From Eledone cirrhosa (taxonomy: Eukaryota): a stretch of 64,000 nucleotides of DNA. Where the stretch lies: assembly GCA_964016885.1 (NCBI GenBank), contig OZ024741.1:312666001-312730000 (forward strand), given 5' to 3'. The notes beneath the pieces were generated by a model. It was not told the DNA's origin. It searched no databases and saw only the letters and a list, made by a program, of their open reading frames with translations. A program made the position numbers and the translations under genes. How positions within the stretch are numbered: the stretch's first letter is position 1; each line of letters starts with the position of its first letter. Below, piece after piece: positions 39,272-52,330 of the stretch.

Positions 39272-40303
39272 ACCAGATAGAAATATGCGTACAGCAAAAA
39301 AAAGTAATATTGTTGGAATATAAACCTTTAAAAATACAGGACAAGAAACTAAAATAAAAATAAAACTTTAAAAGAATAGGACAAGAAACTAAGATAAAAC
39401 TTTAAAGAATTGGACAAGAAAAAAAAAATTTTACAATGATATTAGTGGCAAATTTTTTTTATTCGTTTCCTGTGCTATGCCCCAGTATCTTCTTGATTAG
39501 TGCATAATAATTGTCATGCTCTCATTGTGCGTTGCCTCTGAGCGGTTGGTTCTAGTTGGGATTGGTTGGCTGAGCAGTTCTGCTCCGTCAGAATGACCAT
39601 TGCAAGAAACATTGGCCGATGCAGCTGCAGGTCTCCTCCAAGAATACACTTCTGGTCCCGCAACACCAGACGAAGATGGAGAAGACGACCGGGACAAGAT
39701 GTCGACTCTGACCACCGACTACGGCACCTCCCTCAACCACCGGTCCTCCCTCCCTCTGTCTCGTCATCCCTCCAGTCCTCCTGCTCCCCCTTGCTGTACC
39801 AGAAAGCTGTGGCACGCATTCATCTGGACTGTCGGACTTGAACTCAAGGACAAGATGCAAGGAGAAGATGGACGGGTTGGTCAAGATCAAGGATGAGCGG
39901 GACGACAAGACCGTCCGCTGCTGCTCAAGATCTGTGCTCATGGGCCCATGGGTCCATTCACATTATGCATGACACATGAAGCGTGTCGCCGAATGATGAA
40001 ATAGGGGTATGGTTATGGCCCAATTGGTGTTCAAACCAGGATCAAATGATCCCCCGGTCTGACGACGACCTCTGAATGTGGAACCCAGAGCCTATGAATG
40101 TGGAACTCGGTTTTTTACCAATAAAAATTTTGCCACTAATATTATTGTAAATTTTTTTATTTCTTCTCCAATTCTTTAAAGTTTTATCTTAGTTTCTTGT
40201 CCTATTCTTTTAAAGTTTTATTTTAGTTTCTTGTCCTGTATTTCTAAAGGTTTATATTCCAACAATATTACTTTTTTTTGCTGTACGCATTTTTCTATCT
40301 GGT
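39272..40303. mobile_element. Non-autonomous TIR/fold-back element with ~185-bp TIRs
   Basis: ACCAGATAGAAA...GTGGCAAATTTTT and its reverse complement; subterminal GGACAAGAAA repeats; no clean TSD. Confidence 0.8.
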
Positions 40304-40444
40304 ATACAAATGTATAAATGCAGAGCTATATACATACGTAAATGTTATCTCTTTCTCTTAATTTCGAGTATATTTTTTTGACCGGCCACCTTCCTGGTGG
40401 CAAGGTTGTAAAAGAAAAGAAGTTGTCATCCCTTGAATCGCAAG

Positions 40445-41230
40445 AATGTTTTGCAAATTTTGAAGGTGCCAGCTATCGCAGCCATTTGTAGACTATGAAT
40501 TAGGGAACTGCGCTTTTTGTCCGCAAATCCAAGTTCAGTCATACTTTAGTCCAAGCGGGTTGGTATATAACCCGTAGCTCCAATGATGATGGGTATGAAG
40601 CTATAGGTGTATCTTGGATACTGGATTTGTAAACTCCTCATCAAATGTCTGTAGATATCCTCCTTCTCCTGTATTTTTCTGACAACGTTTACATCAAGTG
40701 GGCAGCTGATCTCCACAACAGAACACGTTTTCAATGTGTGGTCCCAAACAACAATATCAGGCCGGTTGTGCTTTAATTTGGTGGCAGTTTTTATTTTCAG
40801 GTTCCACCAGTATTCGTTAGTGCCATCTGTCTCAATATATTCTTCCTCGTTTGTTGTTAATTTTGTTTTCCGAAGTGCGTTCCAGATGTTTCTAGCTATC
40901 CCATCGTGTCTCATGGGGAGGTAGTAGCGAGATGACATTCTTTCGCAGGTGGCAACAATGTGGCCTACATCCTCGATCTTTGTTTTACATAGCCTACATT
41001 TATTGTCAGCTACTGGCCCTCCTCTTTTGTGCAGCAGATATTTGGTAGGGAGTTCTTGTTCCTGTATTGCATAGAGATATCCCTCAAGGTGTGATAAACT
41101 TGTTGGAACACCATGCCAGGCTTTTTGAGTGGTTTATCCCCTTTATGGTCTGTGTTTTACGCCTCAAGTATCCATGCACAACTTTTTCTATAAATTGGTC
41201 AATTTTCTTATCTTGTTTGAACATTGAATA
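40445..41230 (-). pseudogene. R4/Dong-type non-LTR retrotransposon 3-prime fragment (CCHC knuckle + restriction-like endonuclease)
   Basis: CRLC...HIVATC, RHD, HNRPDIVV, VEISCP, K..K..Y, IPIIIGATG. Confidence 0.88.
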
Positions 41231-41333
41231 GGACCTTCCGATTTCTCTGGGTGAGAGATTTATATCAGGCTTTAGTCCATATCTCTCCTCCAGATCAGTC
41301 GCTATTCTAATGATATGTATGTATATATGTATG

Positions 41334-41375
<42 letters not shown>

Positions 41376-41468
41376 CATATATATAAATCTACATAAATAC
41401 ATATATTTACGTATGTATATAGTTATGTTTTTATACGTTTGTATATATACATATTTAAGTTTGTAAGG

Positions 41469-41506
<38 letters not shown>

Positions 41507-41507
41507 A

Positions 41508-41590
<83 letters not shown>

Positions 41591-41808
41591 TTCTGGTCTA
41601 CCTCTGGTGGTAGAGTCCATACCGTAGATAGAACTCAATGTAATCTTCTAAAATCCAAAGAGAAGTTCTGTTTCGCTGAATTAAATCTTTAGATACAGAT
41701 TCATTCAGAAATTAGGTATTAAATTAACAATAAAATTAAAAACACCAAAATAAAAACAAAGTTATAAAGTAACTTGACTTTGTTCTTTTTATTTTCATTG
41801 TTAATTTG

Positions 41809-41910
<102 letters not shown>

Positions 41911-42595
41911 CAAAAGGGATATTTAATTTGTTGGTAATTCAACAAATACATATATTTATAACTGATTCGAAGCATTCGACATTATTCTGGAGGATAATAT
42001 CATGATATTAATAAATCGAAAGTATATTTATAAAACCATATTTATTCTATTATATATATTTCAAGGGTACCAAAACTTTGGTACGCACTCATCAGATAAA
42101 ATACAAAGTTTGTTTATAAATATTGACATATGCAGGAAGGATATCTTAACGGTTCAAGTTTTGCCTGGATAGTAAAGGAAAGACGGGAAAGAGAGGAAAA
42201 GTCAAATATTTCAAATTATTAAGATGAATATGCAAATCATTTTGAGGCATAGGGCTGAAAAAAACGTTATTTTTAAACGCTAGGTAGATTAAAATAATTA
42301 TTAGGATATATATATGTAGAAAGAAGAAAGAGAAAGAAAGAAAAGCTTGTATATACGTGGATTTAAAAAGAATTAACAGTTTGTAGGAATGGTGGAATAT
42401 GATTCCAGAATTTAAAAAAATATTTAGCTATAGTATGAGTTATAATATTGTATATATAATCAATTAGATTATATGAAGAATTATGGTTGTAAGTACATTT
42501 TATCTTATTATATTGCAACAGGTTGTAACTATACAAATATCTATATAGATTAATAATTGTGCAAATATAAGATTTATTAGTGATTTTATAGAAAT

Positions 42596-43832
42596 ACTAG
42601 CAGTAAAGCCCGGCGTTGCTCGGGGTCGCTCAGTAGCTGTGTTAAAGTTACAATGTTAAGTTTCTTTCTTGGCTTAAAAACTGTAGTGTCTACTGTGCAG
42701 ACTTGCATGTGGTGTTTTTGATTAATATTCCCTCAACCAACAATATGCCTTATGAAGTTAAGAAAACATAACGATAACCCGAATGTTATAACAAAAGAGG
42801 GTGCTGGGGATAGAAACTGCACTGGTTATTTATTAACAAAGATCGAAAATGTAAACACTGCAACGCAGAGAAAAACATTAGCGTAACCAAATTATCAGTT
42901 ATGTCTGTCTGCACGCCTATATCACCTCTCTGCACGACTGTCTGTCTGCACGCCTATATCACCTCTCTGCACGACTGTCTGTCTGCACGCCTAACGACGA
43001 AATATTTGCTTGTTTTACGTAGTCTTTAAATAGACTTGTTTTCAAGTAAAAATATTGTTTTAAAATGCTTTTAAATGGAAATGAAGCGTGTTTTTGATTA
43101 ATATTCCCTCAACCAACAATATGCCTTATGAAGTTAAGAAAACATAACGATAACCCGAATGTTATAACAAAAGAGGATGCTGGGGATAGAAACTGCACTG
43201 GTTATTTATTAACAAAGATCGAAAATGTAAACATTGCAACGCAGAGAAAAATATTAGCGTAACCAAATTATCAGTTATGTCTGTCTGCACGCCTATATCA
43301 CCTCTCTGCACGACTATCTGTCTGCACGCCTATATCACCTCTCTGCACGACTGTCTGTCTGCACGCCTATATCACCTCTCTGCACGACTGTCTGTCTGCA
43401 CGCCTAACGACGAAATATTTTCTCGTTTTACGTAGTCTTTAAATAGACTTGTTTTCAAGTAAAAATATTGTTTTAAAATGCTTTTAAATGGAAATGAAGC
43501 AAAACGGAAGCTTAGTGTTCGAACTGATGAATTTTGCAGGTCAATATTTTGCTGGCTCGACAACTGTTCGTGTATTGTAATTTTTTACGTAAGACGCTCA
43601 ATGTAAACAGAACAAAGGGAAATAACTGATCACTTACGCTCAAAAATCGATACATTATATTCGATTTCGTCACATAGGGCGGGTCAATTTGAATTTATTT
43701 TTTCCGATGTCTTCGCTAGGCCTCAATGTACAAGTATAGCAATTTCGGTGCAATTCCGTGAGAGATTCTAAGAGGAGATGTGTGCCGAAAATCGATAGAC
43801 AGACAGACAACCACAGTTTTATATATATAGAT
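42596..43832. mobile_element. Non-autonomous Helitron/Helentron (DINE-like) element with internal ~377-bp duplication and 37-bp minisatellite
   Basis: ACTAG plus CCCGGCGTTGCTCGGG hairpin at the left end; (GACA)n then TATATAGAT at the right end; duplicate starts at 42712 and 43089. Confidence 0.75.
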
Positions 43833-44002
43833 AACACACGTATTAATTGCTTACATTTCTAATGTGAGTTATGAAGGATGTTGATTTTACGTTTTACATA
43901 AATATTTAAGAAAAAGACGTAGTTCAAATTATAAGAGAAGAACAATTTGTAGATTCAAATATTTTCATCCAACATTGAAAATATTTTCAGAACATTATTA
44001 AA

Positions 44003-44189
44003 GGCGGTGGATTGGCAGTATCGGTAGAGGGTCGGACGCCATGCTTTCCAGCATAGTTACGTCCCTTTACGATCTGAGTTCAAATCCCGCCGAGGTTGAC
44101 TTTGCCTTTCATCCTTACGGGGTCGATAAAATAAAGTACCAGTAATGTACTGGGTAATTGCTGGCCTTGTGCCAAAGGTAGACACAATT
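44003..44189 (+). mobile_element. tRNA-derived SINE
   Basis: Full-length copy of the same family. Confidence 0.92.
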
Positions 44190-44574
44190 GTTAATTTAGC
44201 GAAAATTTATCATACAAGTTATTATGTCTATGTTTGCACAATTGTAAAGGAAAAGATAACTCCAATATTATTTGCTAACCATTAAATTTGATGAATGATT
44301 TTCTTAGAAAGTATGTATTTCCGGGTCAAGTGCCACTGCCCGGGCCGACCAAGGTCCTGTGAGTGGATTTTATAGACCGAACTAAAAGCCCGTCGTATAT
44401 ATGTATATATGTCTGTGTGTGTCTTTGCATTTGTGTTTGCCCTCCCACCAATACTTGTTGGTTTGTTGACGTCCCCCTAAATTACCAAGGTGATGCTCCA
44501 GCATAGGCGTAGTCTAGAGACAGAAAAAAGTAAAGTATATATATATGTCTGTGTGTGTGTGTGTGTGTGTAGAA

Positions 44575-44978
44575 GAGGGGTCTCAAACTCAAGAACTCAA
44601 AAGGGCCATTATGTCCTGGAGGAGAGGAACAGTGGGCCAAACGTGGTGGTGGGTGATCATTTTCACCAGTTATAATCATTTCTACTATAGGAACAAGGCA
44701 TGAAATTTGGGGTTTAGGGTTCAGTCGATTGCATCTCTCCTAGTACACAACTGGTACTTAATTCATCGACCCCAAAATAATGAAAGTTAAAGTTGAGATC
44801 AGTGGAATTTGAACTCAGAACGTAGAAACGGAACAATCCAGTTGAGCATTTCGCCAGATGTGCTAACGATACCACCGGCTCACCGCATTATTTTCACCAG
44901 TTATAATGCAATATGAAATATTGGTTCTACCCCGAGCCACAGAAAAGTAGTTCGCGGGCCGCATGTTTGAGCCTCCTG
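44575..44978. mobile_element. Degenerate hAT-type MITE containing an older SINE (44677-44889, minus) with 18-bp TSD
   Basis: Ends AGGGGTCTCAAAC and GTTTGAGCCTCCTG; ATTTTCACCAGTTATAAT at 44659 and 44890. Confidence 0.65.
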
Positions 44979-45091
44979 TTAGAGATAGATAGATAGATAG
45001 ACGTGTGCCAAACACACACACATATATTTCTTACTCTCTCTGTCCCTCCCTCTTTCTCTCTTCATTTATATATATATATATATATATATAT

Positions 45092-45305
45092 ATGGGAACA
45101 AGTATGATCCCGACGGTAGAGCTCAAGCCGTTTCGAAAGCTATTTCTGGACTAACAAAAATATTTTTAGTCCAGAAATAGCCGTCGAAACGGCTTGAGCT
45201 CTGCCGTCGGGGTCATACTTGTTTCTATTACCCACTCTACTACCCTAAGTATTGAGTACTTTGGTGCGTTACGGTCCATCTGGTTCCTTACCACAATTCC
45301 TTCGT

Positions 45306-45306
<1 letters not shown>
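45092..45306 (+). repeat. Family F fold-back fragment (arms 45092-45154 and 45166-45228, plus 78-nt tail)
   Basis: Homologous to 17352-17493 and 20487-20684. Confidence 0.85.
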
Positions 45307-45337
<31 letters not shown>

Positions 45338-45673
45338 AGCTGACGGCCGTATGTATGTAACAAACTTTTCGCCAAACGACTGAACCAAAGAGCACCAAAT
45401 TTGCACCACCGATGTAACTTTTTCCAAGTAAGAAAATGAGCATATTTTTGTCTTCTAACTTTCGTTAAAAGATTAAAGATATGTTATCGTTTATTTAAAT
45501 ATTCACTTCTTTAAAATGTTCAAATGTCAACACTTCCGGATATACGACATTCCTCAATCTTTCTTAGGCTGTCTGTTTAGATAGATACATAGCTATAACG
45601 TCGCGCCCTTCTAATATGTCTCTGTATGTCTGATGTCTGCATTAGATACATAGCCATAACGTCGCACGCTTAT

Positions 45674-45785
45674 AATTGTTTCTACGTTAGGCACAATGCC
45701 AGCAAATTACCCAGTGCATTACTGGTACTTTATTTTATCGACCCCGTAAGGATGAAAGGCAGAGTTAACCTCGGCGGGATTTGAG
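45674..45785 (-). mobile_element. 5-prime-truncated SINE with 13-bp TSD, inside a Helitron-like remnant (~45330-45890)
   Basis: GCACGCTTATAAT at 45664 and 45788. Confidence 0.8.
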
Positions 45786-45889
45786 TGGCACGCTTATAAT
45801 ATCTGTCTGTCTGGTTGCCTGTCTGCAATGACTTCGCTTCTAACAAACTTTTAATTAATTCAGTGCAAAGATACTGCACGCCCTCTCAA

Positions 45890-45929
<40 letters not shown>

Positions 45930-46805
45930 TCAGTAATTTATCACTACTTTATTACCAGTAAGATAAATAGCTCACTGTAAGAACATCAGTTGTTATACAG
46001 AGCAGTAATATAGAATTCACAAGAATCAAAGCTATGTTCAAAACATTTATTCGCTGACAATTGTTTCTTCCAAACCTAGGCTTGGTGTCTTCGGACCATT
46101 TTAAATGTTTTTACATATAATAGACCTCCAACCCAACGCAAGAGACATACAAATACATATATTGGTGCACAGTAAGGAGTTGATGCGACATATATTATAC
46201 TATACTATATTTGTACAGAAATTCAAATTAAAATCAAAATTTAAAACAGATTAAAATACATGCGACAGATAACACCGATAATGCAAGAGAATAGTCTAAT
46301 AATAAGATCAAATAGTGTATGCGTTAGTCATATATGGAGCAAGCAAATGTGTCATTTATATATGAGTATTGTGTGGCAAGGTATTACATGTCATACAAGC
46401 ACTTTAAGCGGGTATGCAAGAGTATTATGGTGGTTGCAGTGCGAGGGTATTTTCTGTATAGATCAAATTAGTATGTGTGCAGAAAAAGAAAGTTATAGTT
46501 TTCACATCCACCACCATTTTCACATCCAGAAAAAGGAAGTTATAGTTTTTACATCCATGTTACGATGTATTTGTATTGAATGTTTGTTGTAGTAAAGGAT
46601 TGTAACGTATTGAAACTCAGTGTTATTTAATCCATATTTATAGATTAGGTTCTTTCGGCTGCGAGAATTTACAGTGGTTTAATATCCGGAAGTGGGTATG
46701 TAATTAAGGGGAGCTAATGCGTAAGGGGAGGTAACTAGTTGATTCTCATTACTAAATTCATAGCTTTGATTCTTGTGAATTCTCTCACTCTCTCTCTCTC
46801 TCGCT

Positions 46806-46870
<65 letters not shown>

Positions 46871-46875
46871 TCTCT

Positions 46876-46924
<49 letters not shown>

Positions 46925-47391
46925 GTAATAATAATAAATGTGAAGACTAAAATCCAAAGAGGGCTCGATAAGGATAAATATATATCAAATATATAAGAAC
47001 CCTATCTTCGCTTTTTTTCGGTCATAGCCATGGAACGTCTTCACAAACCAATCTATCGTCTTCCTGTTTTCCTTCGGTTGCAACGTTTTTTGAAATATTT
47101 AGTTCTGCGTTCACAGATTGATTTCTTTAGTTTCAAAAGATCCCGTTCAGGGTGAAAGCAGCGATTATTTGCTTAAACTTTAATCTGTTATTTTAATATA
47201 TATATATGATTATATATTCGTGTTCAGATATTTGTGCATACACAAAAACAAAATATAAACAAACGTATTTATTTCACAAAAGCACAGACGGCTTATCGGC
47301 ATTGTTACTGCCGATATGCCACCAAAACACTTCCATCCTGGCCACAAGATCAGATTTTCCAGAAGAAAAACTGTTACTAGAGCAACAGAGA

Positions 47392-47591
47392 GACTAAGCT
47401 TCGCGATTACCATCAACAAAGCTCAGGGTCAAACCATAAAAGTGGCTGGCCTTCATCTGGGAAAACCATGCTTCTCCCATGGTCAATTGTATGTAGGATG
47501 CTGTAGGATGAGTGCGCCAAACAATCTTTTCATCTTTGCTCCCGAGGGCCGAACAAAAAGTATTGTATACTCTGAGGCTCTAACAATGTAA
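47392..47591 (+). pseudogene. Helitron PIF1-like helicase C-terminal fragment
   Basis: SFAITINKAQGQT...CFSHGQLYVGCCR...TKSIVY. Confidence 0.9.
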
Positions 47592-48143
47592 TTTATGTAT
47601 ATTCTGTTACTTGGAATTTCCTTTATGGTTGTACAAATTATTGTAAAGTTTGTTAAAAAACGTGTTCTCTGTTCAGCCTTCGCCGAGGTTGACTTTGCCT
47701 TTCATCCTTACGGGGTCGATAAAATAAAGTACTAGTAACGCACTGGGTAATTGCTGGCCTTGTGCCTAAAGTAGAAACAATTATTGTAACTATCAATGTT
47801 CTTTAATGTACTGGCTGCTGAACTGGGGAATCCTAAAAACTATTCAAACCCAACATCAGAGCACGTTAATCCCCTCCCCCTCGCAGACTTGAGAGAGCGT
47901 GCGGTATCTTTGCATTGGAGTAGAGGGGGGATTCCTGAAAAGATAAAATGCCGGTATACCTAGCCGGACGCCAGCCAGACGGCCAAGAGTATATATATAT
48001 ATATGGCGTTGTTATTTTGCGTTGTTGAAAAGAGCAGTGGCTTTTGACCTGGCAATAAAAACTCGAAACAAAATTCTTTCTGTACCAAAACCAAGGCACA
48101 CACACACGTGTGTGTGTGTCTGTGTGTGTGTTTGAGTGTGTGC

Positions 48144-48190
<47 letters not shown>

Positions 48191-49354
48191 TGTGTGTGTG
48201 TGTGCGTGCACGTTTATGTGTATGTGTGTGTGTGTGTATCTATCTAGGTATATATATATAAGGGATACAGATATTGCTTTCTCACTGTCACCAAGCTTCT
48301 CAATTCATTCGTTGCTACTAAGTATTTTATTTTGCTACGAGGTATTTTATTTTGCAAGGTACCATTTTCCCCCTGAGTTTGTTATTTCAGAGAAAGGTAA
48401 GAAATTCTTCATATTTTGCATCTTTTGTATTTTGACTTTACAGTTTGAATTGTAGAATTGTCTGTCCACTCAAAATATGACAACAGCTAACAGTGAAATA
48501 TAGAATTTAAAAATAAAAGCTTTTTCGACTTAGATCATATCTTTGAGAACATTTACTTCTACTTTTCAAAAATATATAATTTGAAATAGCTTGCTTTTGT
48601 TTTGGACTGAAACTTTTTTGTATTTAATTCGTACGAATAGTTTTTAAAGATTCTAAGATAACTTGATTTGGTCCAGTAATCTACTGATATCAAAATCAGT
48701 AGTATAGTGAAAAATGGAAAAATAGGGTAGGGGGGGGGGGGGCGTTTCGTGATTTAGAGGGGCAAAATTGGCCGAAATGGGTTGATAACCTTTGCTTTAC
48801 ATGATGTCTTGAGTGCCTAATTGATAATACTTCCATCTACATTGGATTTTTTACTTTGATGATTATATTTATTCACTCAACATTACAGTAGCTCCTTTGG
48901 ACATTTTGATAAATAATAATTATTATGACTGAATTATGTAATCGAACTGTCTGTATGCTACACGTAAACTAACCTTTTTAAAATGTATTTTTAAATATAT
49001 TTTAAAATATATTTTTAAAAAGAATCGTTTGGAGATGTATTTTAAAATTTATATTTGAATTGCATGACTTCTCTTATTAACTTTATTAACTTTCTTAACT
49101 ACTTATGATATATGTTTTTCACTGTACTTAATTTATTTGTAACAGCATGCTTTTTTATTTTTAAAATTTTTATTGGTTTTATCTTCTAATTTTTATTTCA
49201 TTTATCTGCTCCTATTCTTCATATTATTTTGCTGCCTCTGTTACCTTATATACATGTTTATACTTATGCTTATCTAGCATACCATATTATGTATCCCCCT
49301 AATGTTCTTGTAACAACGTTTTGATATTATATTTGTGTTTGCCTTTTGTTATCA

Positions 49355-49399
49355 ACTCCGATGAATCCGGTCTTGTGCTAGGATGAAACGATCGCCAGT
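49355..49399 (+). ncRNA. Degenerate minimal HHR
   Basis: ACT-CCGATGA-ATCC...GGAT-GAAA-CGATCG-CC-AGT; U16.1 replaced by C. Confidence 0.55.
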
Positions 49400-49490
49400 G
49401 ATTAAATGTTTGAAAGAATAAACACTCTTTGATTGTCATTTACATTGTGTGTATATATATATATTTATATATATATATACATATATATCT

Positions 49491-49562
<72 letters not shown>

Positions 49563-50181
49563 CTGTATTTTATCTGTCTGTCTGTCACAAAATATTTCAA
49601 ACGAGAATAATCTGAGAAGTTCAAGGGCATAAAAGAGTGATGCTGCTAGGTCAGTGAAATCTTGCATGCATTAAATTCAAACATTCTTATTAATAAGTGC
49701 ATTGTTCCTTTCCAGGAACTATGTGGAAAAATAAACTTCATTTGGTCACTCCGTGAGAGTTTGAAATGTTCAGCCTATGAAATGTTTAGCCGACCCTCGG
49801 ACATATTTCCTCCAATATCTGAAAGGTAATACAAACAATTCTCAACGACCACTTATTGCATCACATTTTCTCTCCACCAGACATCAGAGACAACGAATAT
49901 GGTTTCACAGATCTAGATCTAACGGAAATATAAGTGACACTTTATCAAATCTTGTGTTCTTCACGTTTTATTAGTGTCTCCCACCTTTACCCATTCCTTG
50001 ATGCTCTACATTGTTATTGACTCTAATGAGGCGCCCTGCAACTCAGAATTTGATGAAATTATGACTTCCTAAACAAAACAAGCACAAACAGGTTGTCACG
50101 TGATCATATATTTCTCTTATAAATATGTTAAGTGTGTTAGTTTGTATAAATGTATAAATAAACCTACACGCACACACACAC

Positions 50182-50264
<83 letters not shown>

Positions 50265-50427
50265 CTAATACTGGTGGCTGAGCTAGGATCTAGATGTCGA
50301 AACGGCGGAAGCTCAGCCGTCGGGTTCCTGACACTTTATATATATATATATGTATGTGTGTGTGGTGTGTGTGGTGTGCGTGTGAGTGTGTTTATAAATA
50401 TATGTGTATATATATGTGTGTGTGTTT

Positions 50428-50512
<85 letters not shown>

Positions 50513-51039
50513 GCGTGTGTGAGTGTGTGTGTGTGTGTGTATTTATTTAAGTTTATATTTCATACAGTTTACTACGAAATTCCGGTTTCCTCATGTAAGT
50601 TAACATTTCCGTTCCTTGCTGATCTTCCATATGTATTGACGATTTGATTTAAGTCTAGCAATAACACGCCACAGAATACAAATTAAATAGGATTTTTAAA
50701 AGAAAATGCGTCTCGTCCTCCACCATAGTGTCCACATAAATCACAACATACAGTCCGTTTCCTCCAGAATATAGATTCCGCTAGAATTCACTCGGTGGAT
50801 ATCCTTATCATCTACAGGTCTTATCTACGTAAATTCATGACATTTAGGGAAATCATATATGTGTAAATGTCACATAACAGAGACTGTAATAAAACATTTC
50901 TTTGGTTTTCAAGAATATTATAGTTTTACCAAACTAAGTATTGAGCTATTCTCTTTGTATTTTCCTTTCTCTTATCATCTGTATTTACCTCTGTCTTTTT
51001 TACTGTCTTTACACTCTCTTTTCCTTTGTCTCTTCCTCT

Positions 51040-52330
51040 GTCTTCACTGTTGTCTTTTCCCCTATTTTTCTTTTGTCCTTTCCTCTGACTTTTCCTCTGT
51101 CTTTTCCTCCGTCTTTTCATTTGCCTTTTCCCCTGTCTTTTCCGCTGTCTTTTTCACTGTCTTTTGCTCTGTCTTTAGCTCTGTCTTTTCCTTTTTCTTT
51201 TCGTCCGTCTTTCCTTCCCCTGTCTTTTCCGCTGTCTTTTCCCCAGTCTAATCCAGTGCTTTTTCCTTTGTTTTTTCTGCTGTCTTTTCCGCTGTCTTTT
51301 GCCCAGTCTAATCCGGTGCTTTTTCCTTTGTCTAATCTGTTGTATTTTCGGCTGTCTTTTCCCCAGTCTAATCCGGGGCTTTTTCCTTTATCTTTTCTGC
51401 TGTCTTTTCCTTTGTCTTTTCCCCAGTCAAATACGATGCCTTTTCCTCTGTCTTTTCTGCCCCTGTCTTTTCCGCTGTCTTTTCCGCTGTCTAATCCGGT
51501 GCTTTTTCCTTTGTCTTTTCTCCAGTCTAATCCGGTGCTTTTTCCTTTGTCTTTTCTGCTGTCTTTTCCGGTGTCTTTTCCCCAGTCTAATCCGGGGCTT
51601 TTTCTTTTGTCTTTTCTGCTGTCTTTTCCGCTGTCTTTTCCCCAGTCTAATCCGGTGCTTTTTCCTTTGTCTTTTCTGCTGTCTTTTCCGCTGTCTTTTC
51701 GCCAGTCTAATCCGGTGCTTTTTCCTTTGTCTTTTCTGCCGTCTTTTCCGCTGTCTTTTCCCCAGTCTAATCTGGTGCTTTTTCCTTTGTCTGTTCTGTT
51801 GTATTTTCCGCTGTCTTTTCCCCAGTCTAATCCGGTGCTTTTTCCTTTGTCTTTTCTGCTGTCTTTTCCGCTGTCTTTTCCCAAGTCTAATCCGGTGCTT
51901 TTTCCTTTGTCTTTTCTGCTGTCTTTTCCGCTGTCTTTTCCCAAGTCTAATCCGGTGCTTTTTCCGCTGTCTGTTCTGCTGTCTTTTCCGCTGTCTTTTC
52001 CGCTGTCTAATCCGGTGCTTTTTTCTTTGTCTGTTCTGCTGTCTTTTCCGATGTCTTTTCCCCAGTCTAATCCGGTGCCTTTTCCTTTGTCTGTTCTGCT
52101 ATCTTTTCCGCTGTCTTTTCCCCAGTCTAATCCGGTGCTTTTTCCTTTCTCTGTTCTGCTGTCTTTTCCAATGTCTTTTCCCCAGTCTAATCCGATGCTT
52201 TTTTCTTTGTCTGTTCTGCTGTCTTTTCCACTGTCTTTTACCCAGTCTAATCCGGTGCTTTTTCCTTTGTCTGTTCTGCTGTCTTTTCCGCTGTCTTTTC
52301 CGTTGTCTTTTCCGCTGTCTTTTTCTGTGT
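51040..52330. repeat. Minisatellite with 60-bp period built from 12-bp CTGTCTTTTCCG-like subunits
   Basis: Successive 60-base lines align from ~51540 to 52300. Confidence 0.95.

Noticed and set aside
42902-43405. 37-bp repeats as a possible CRISPR array
   Set aside because: Head-to-tail with no unique spacers; internal minisatellite of a Helitron-like element
44003-44095. tRNA gene
   Set aside because: A and B boxes present but no cloverleaf; it is the head of a multicopy SINE
47000-47197. HHR-like CA(A/G)AAG(A/T)-tCCC...GGGt-GAAA in the repeat shared with 35235-35617
   Set aside because: Core differs between copies and no NUH site or stem I can be formed
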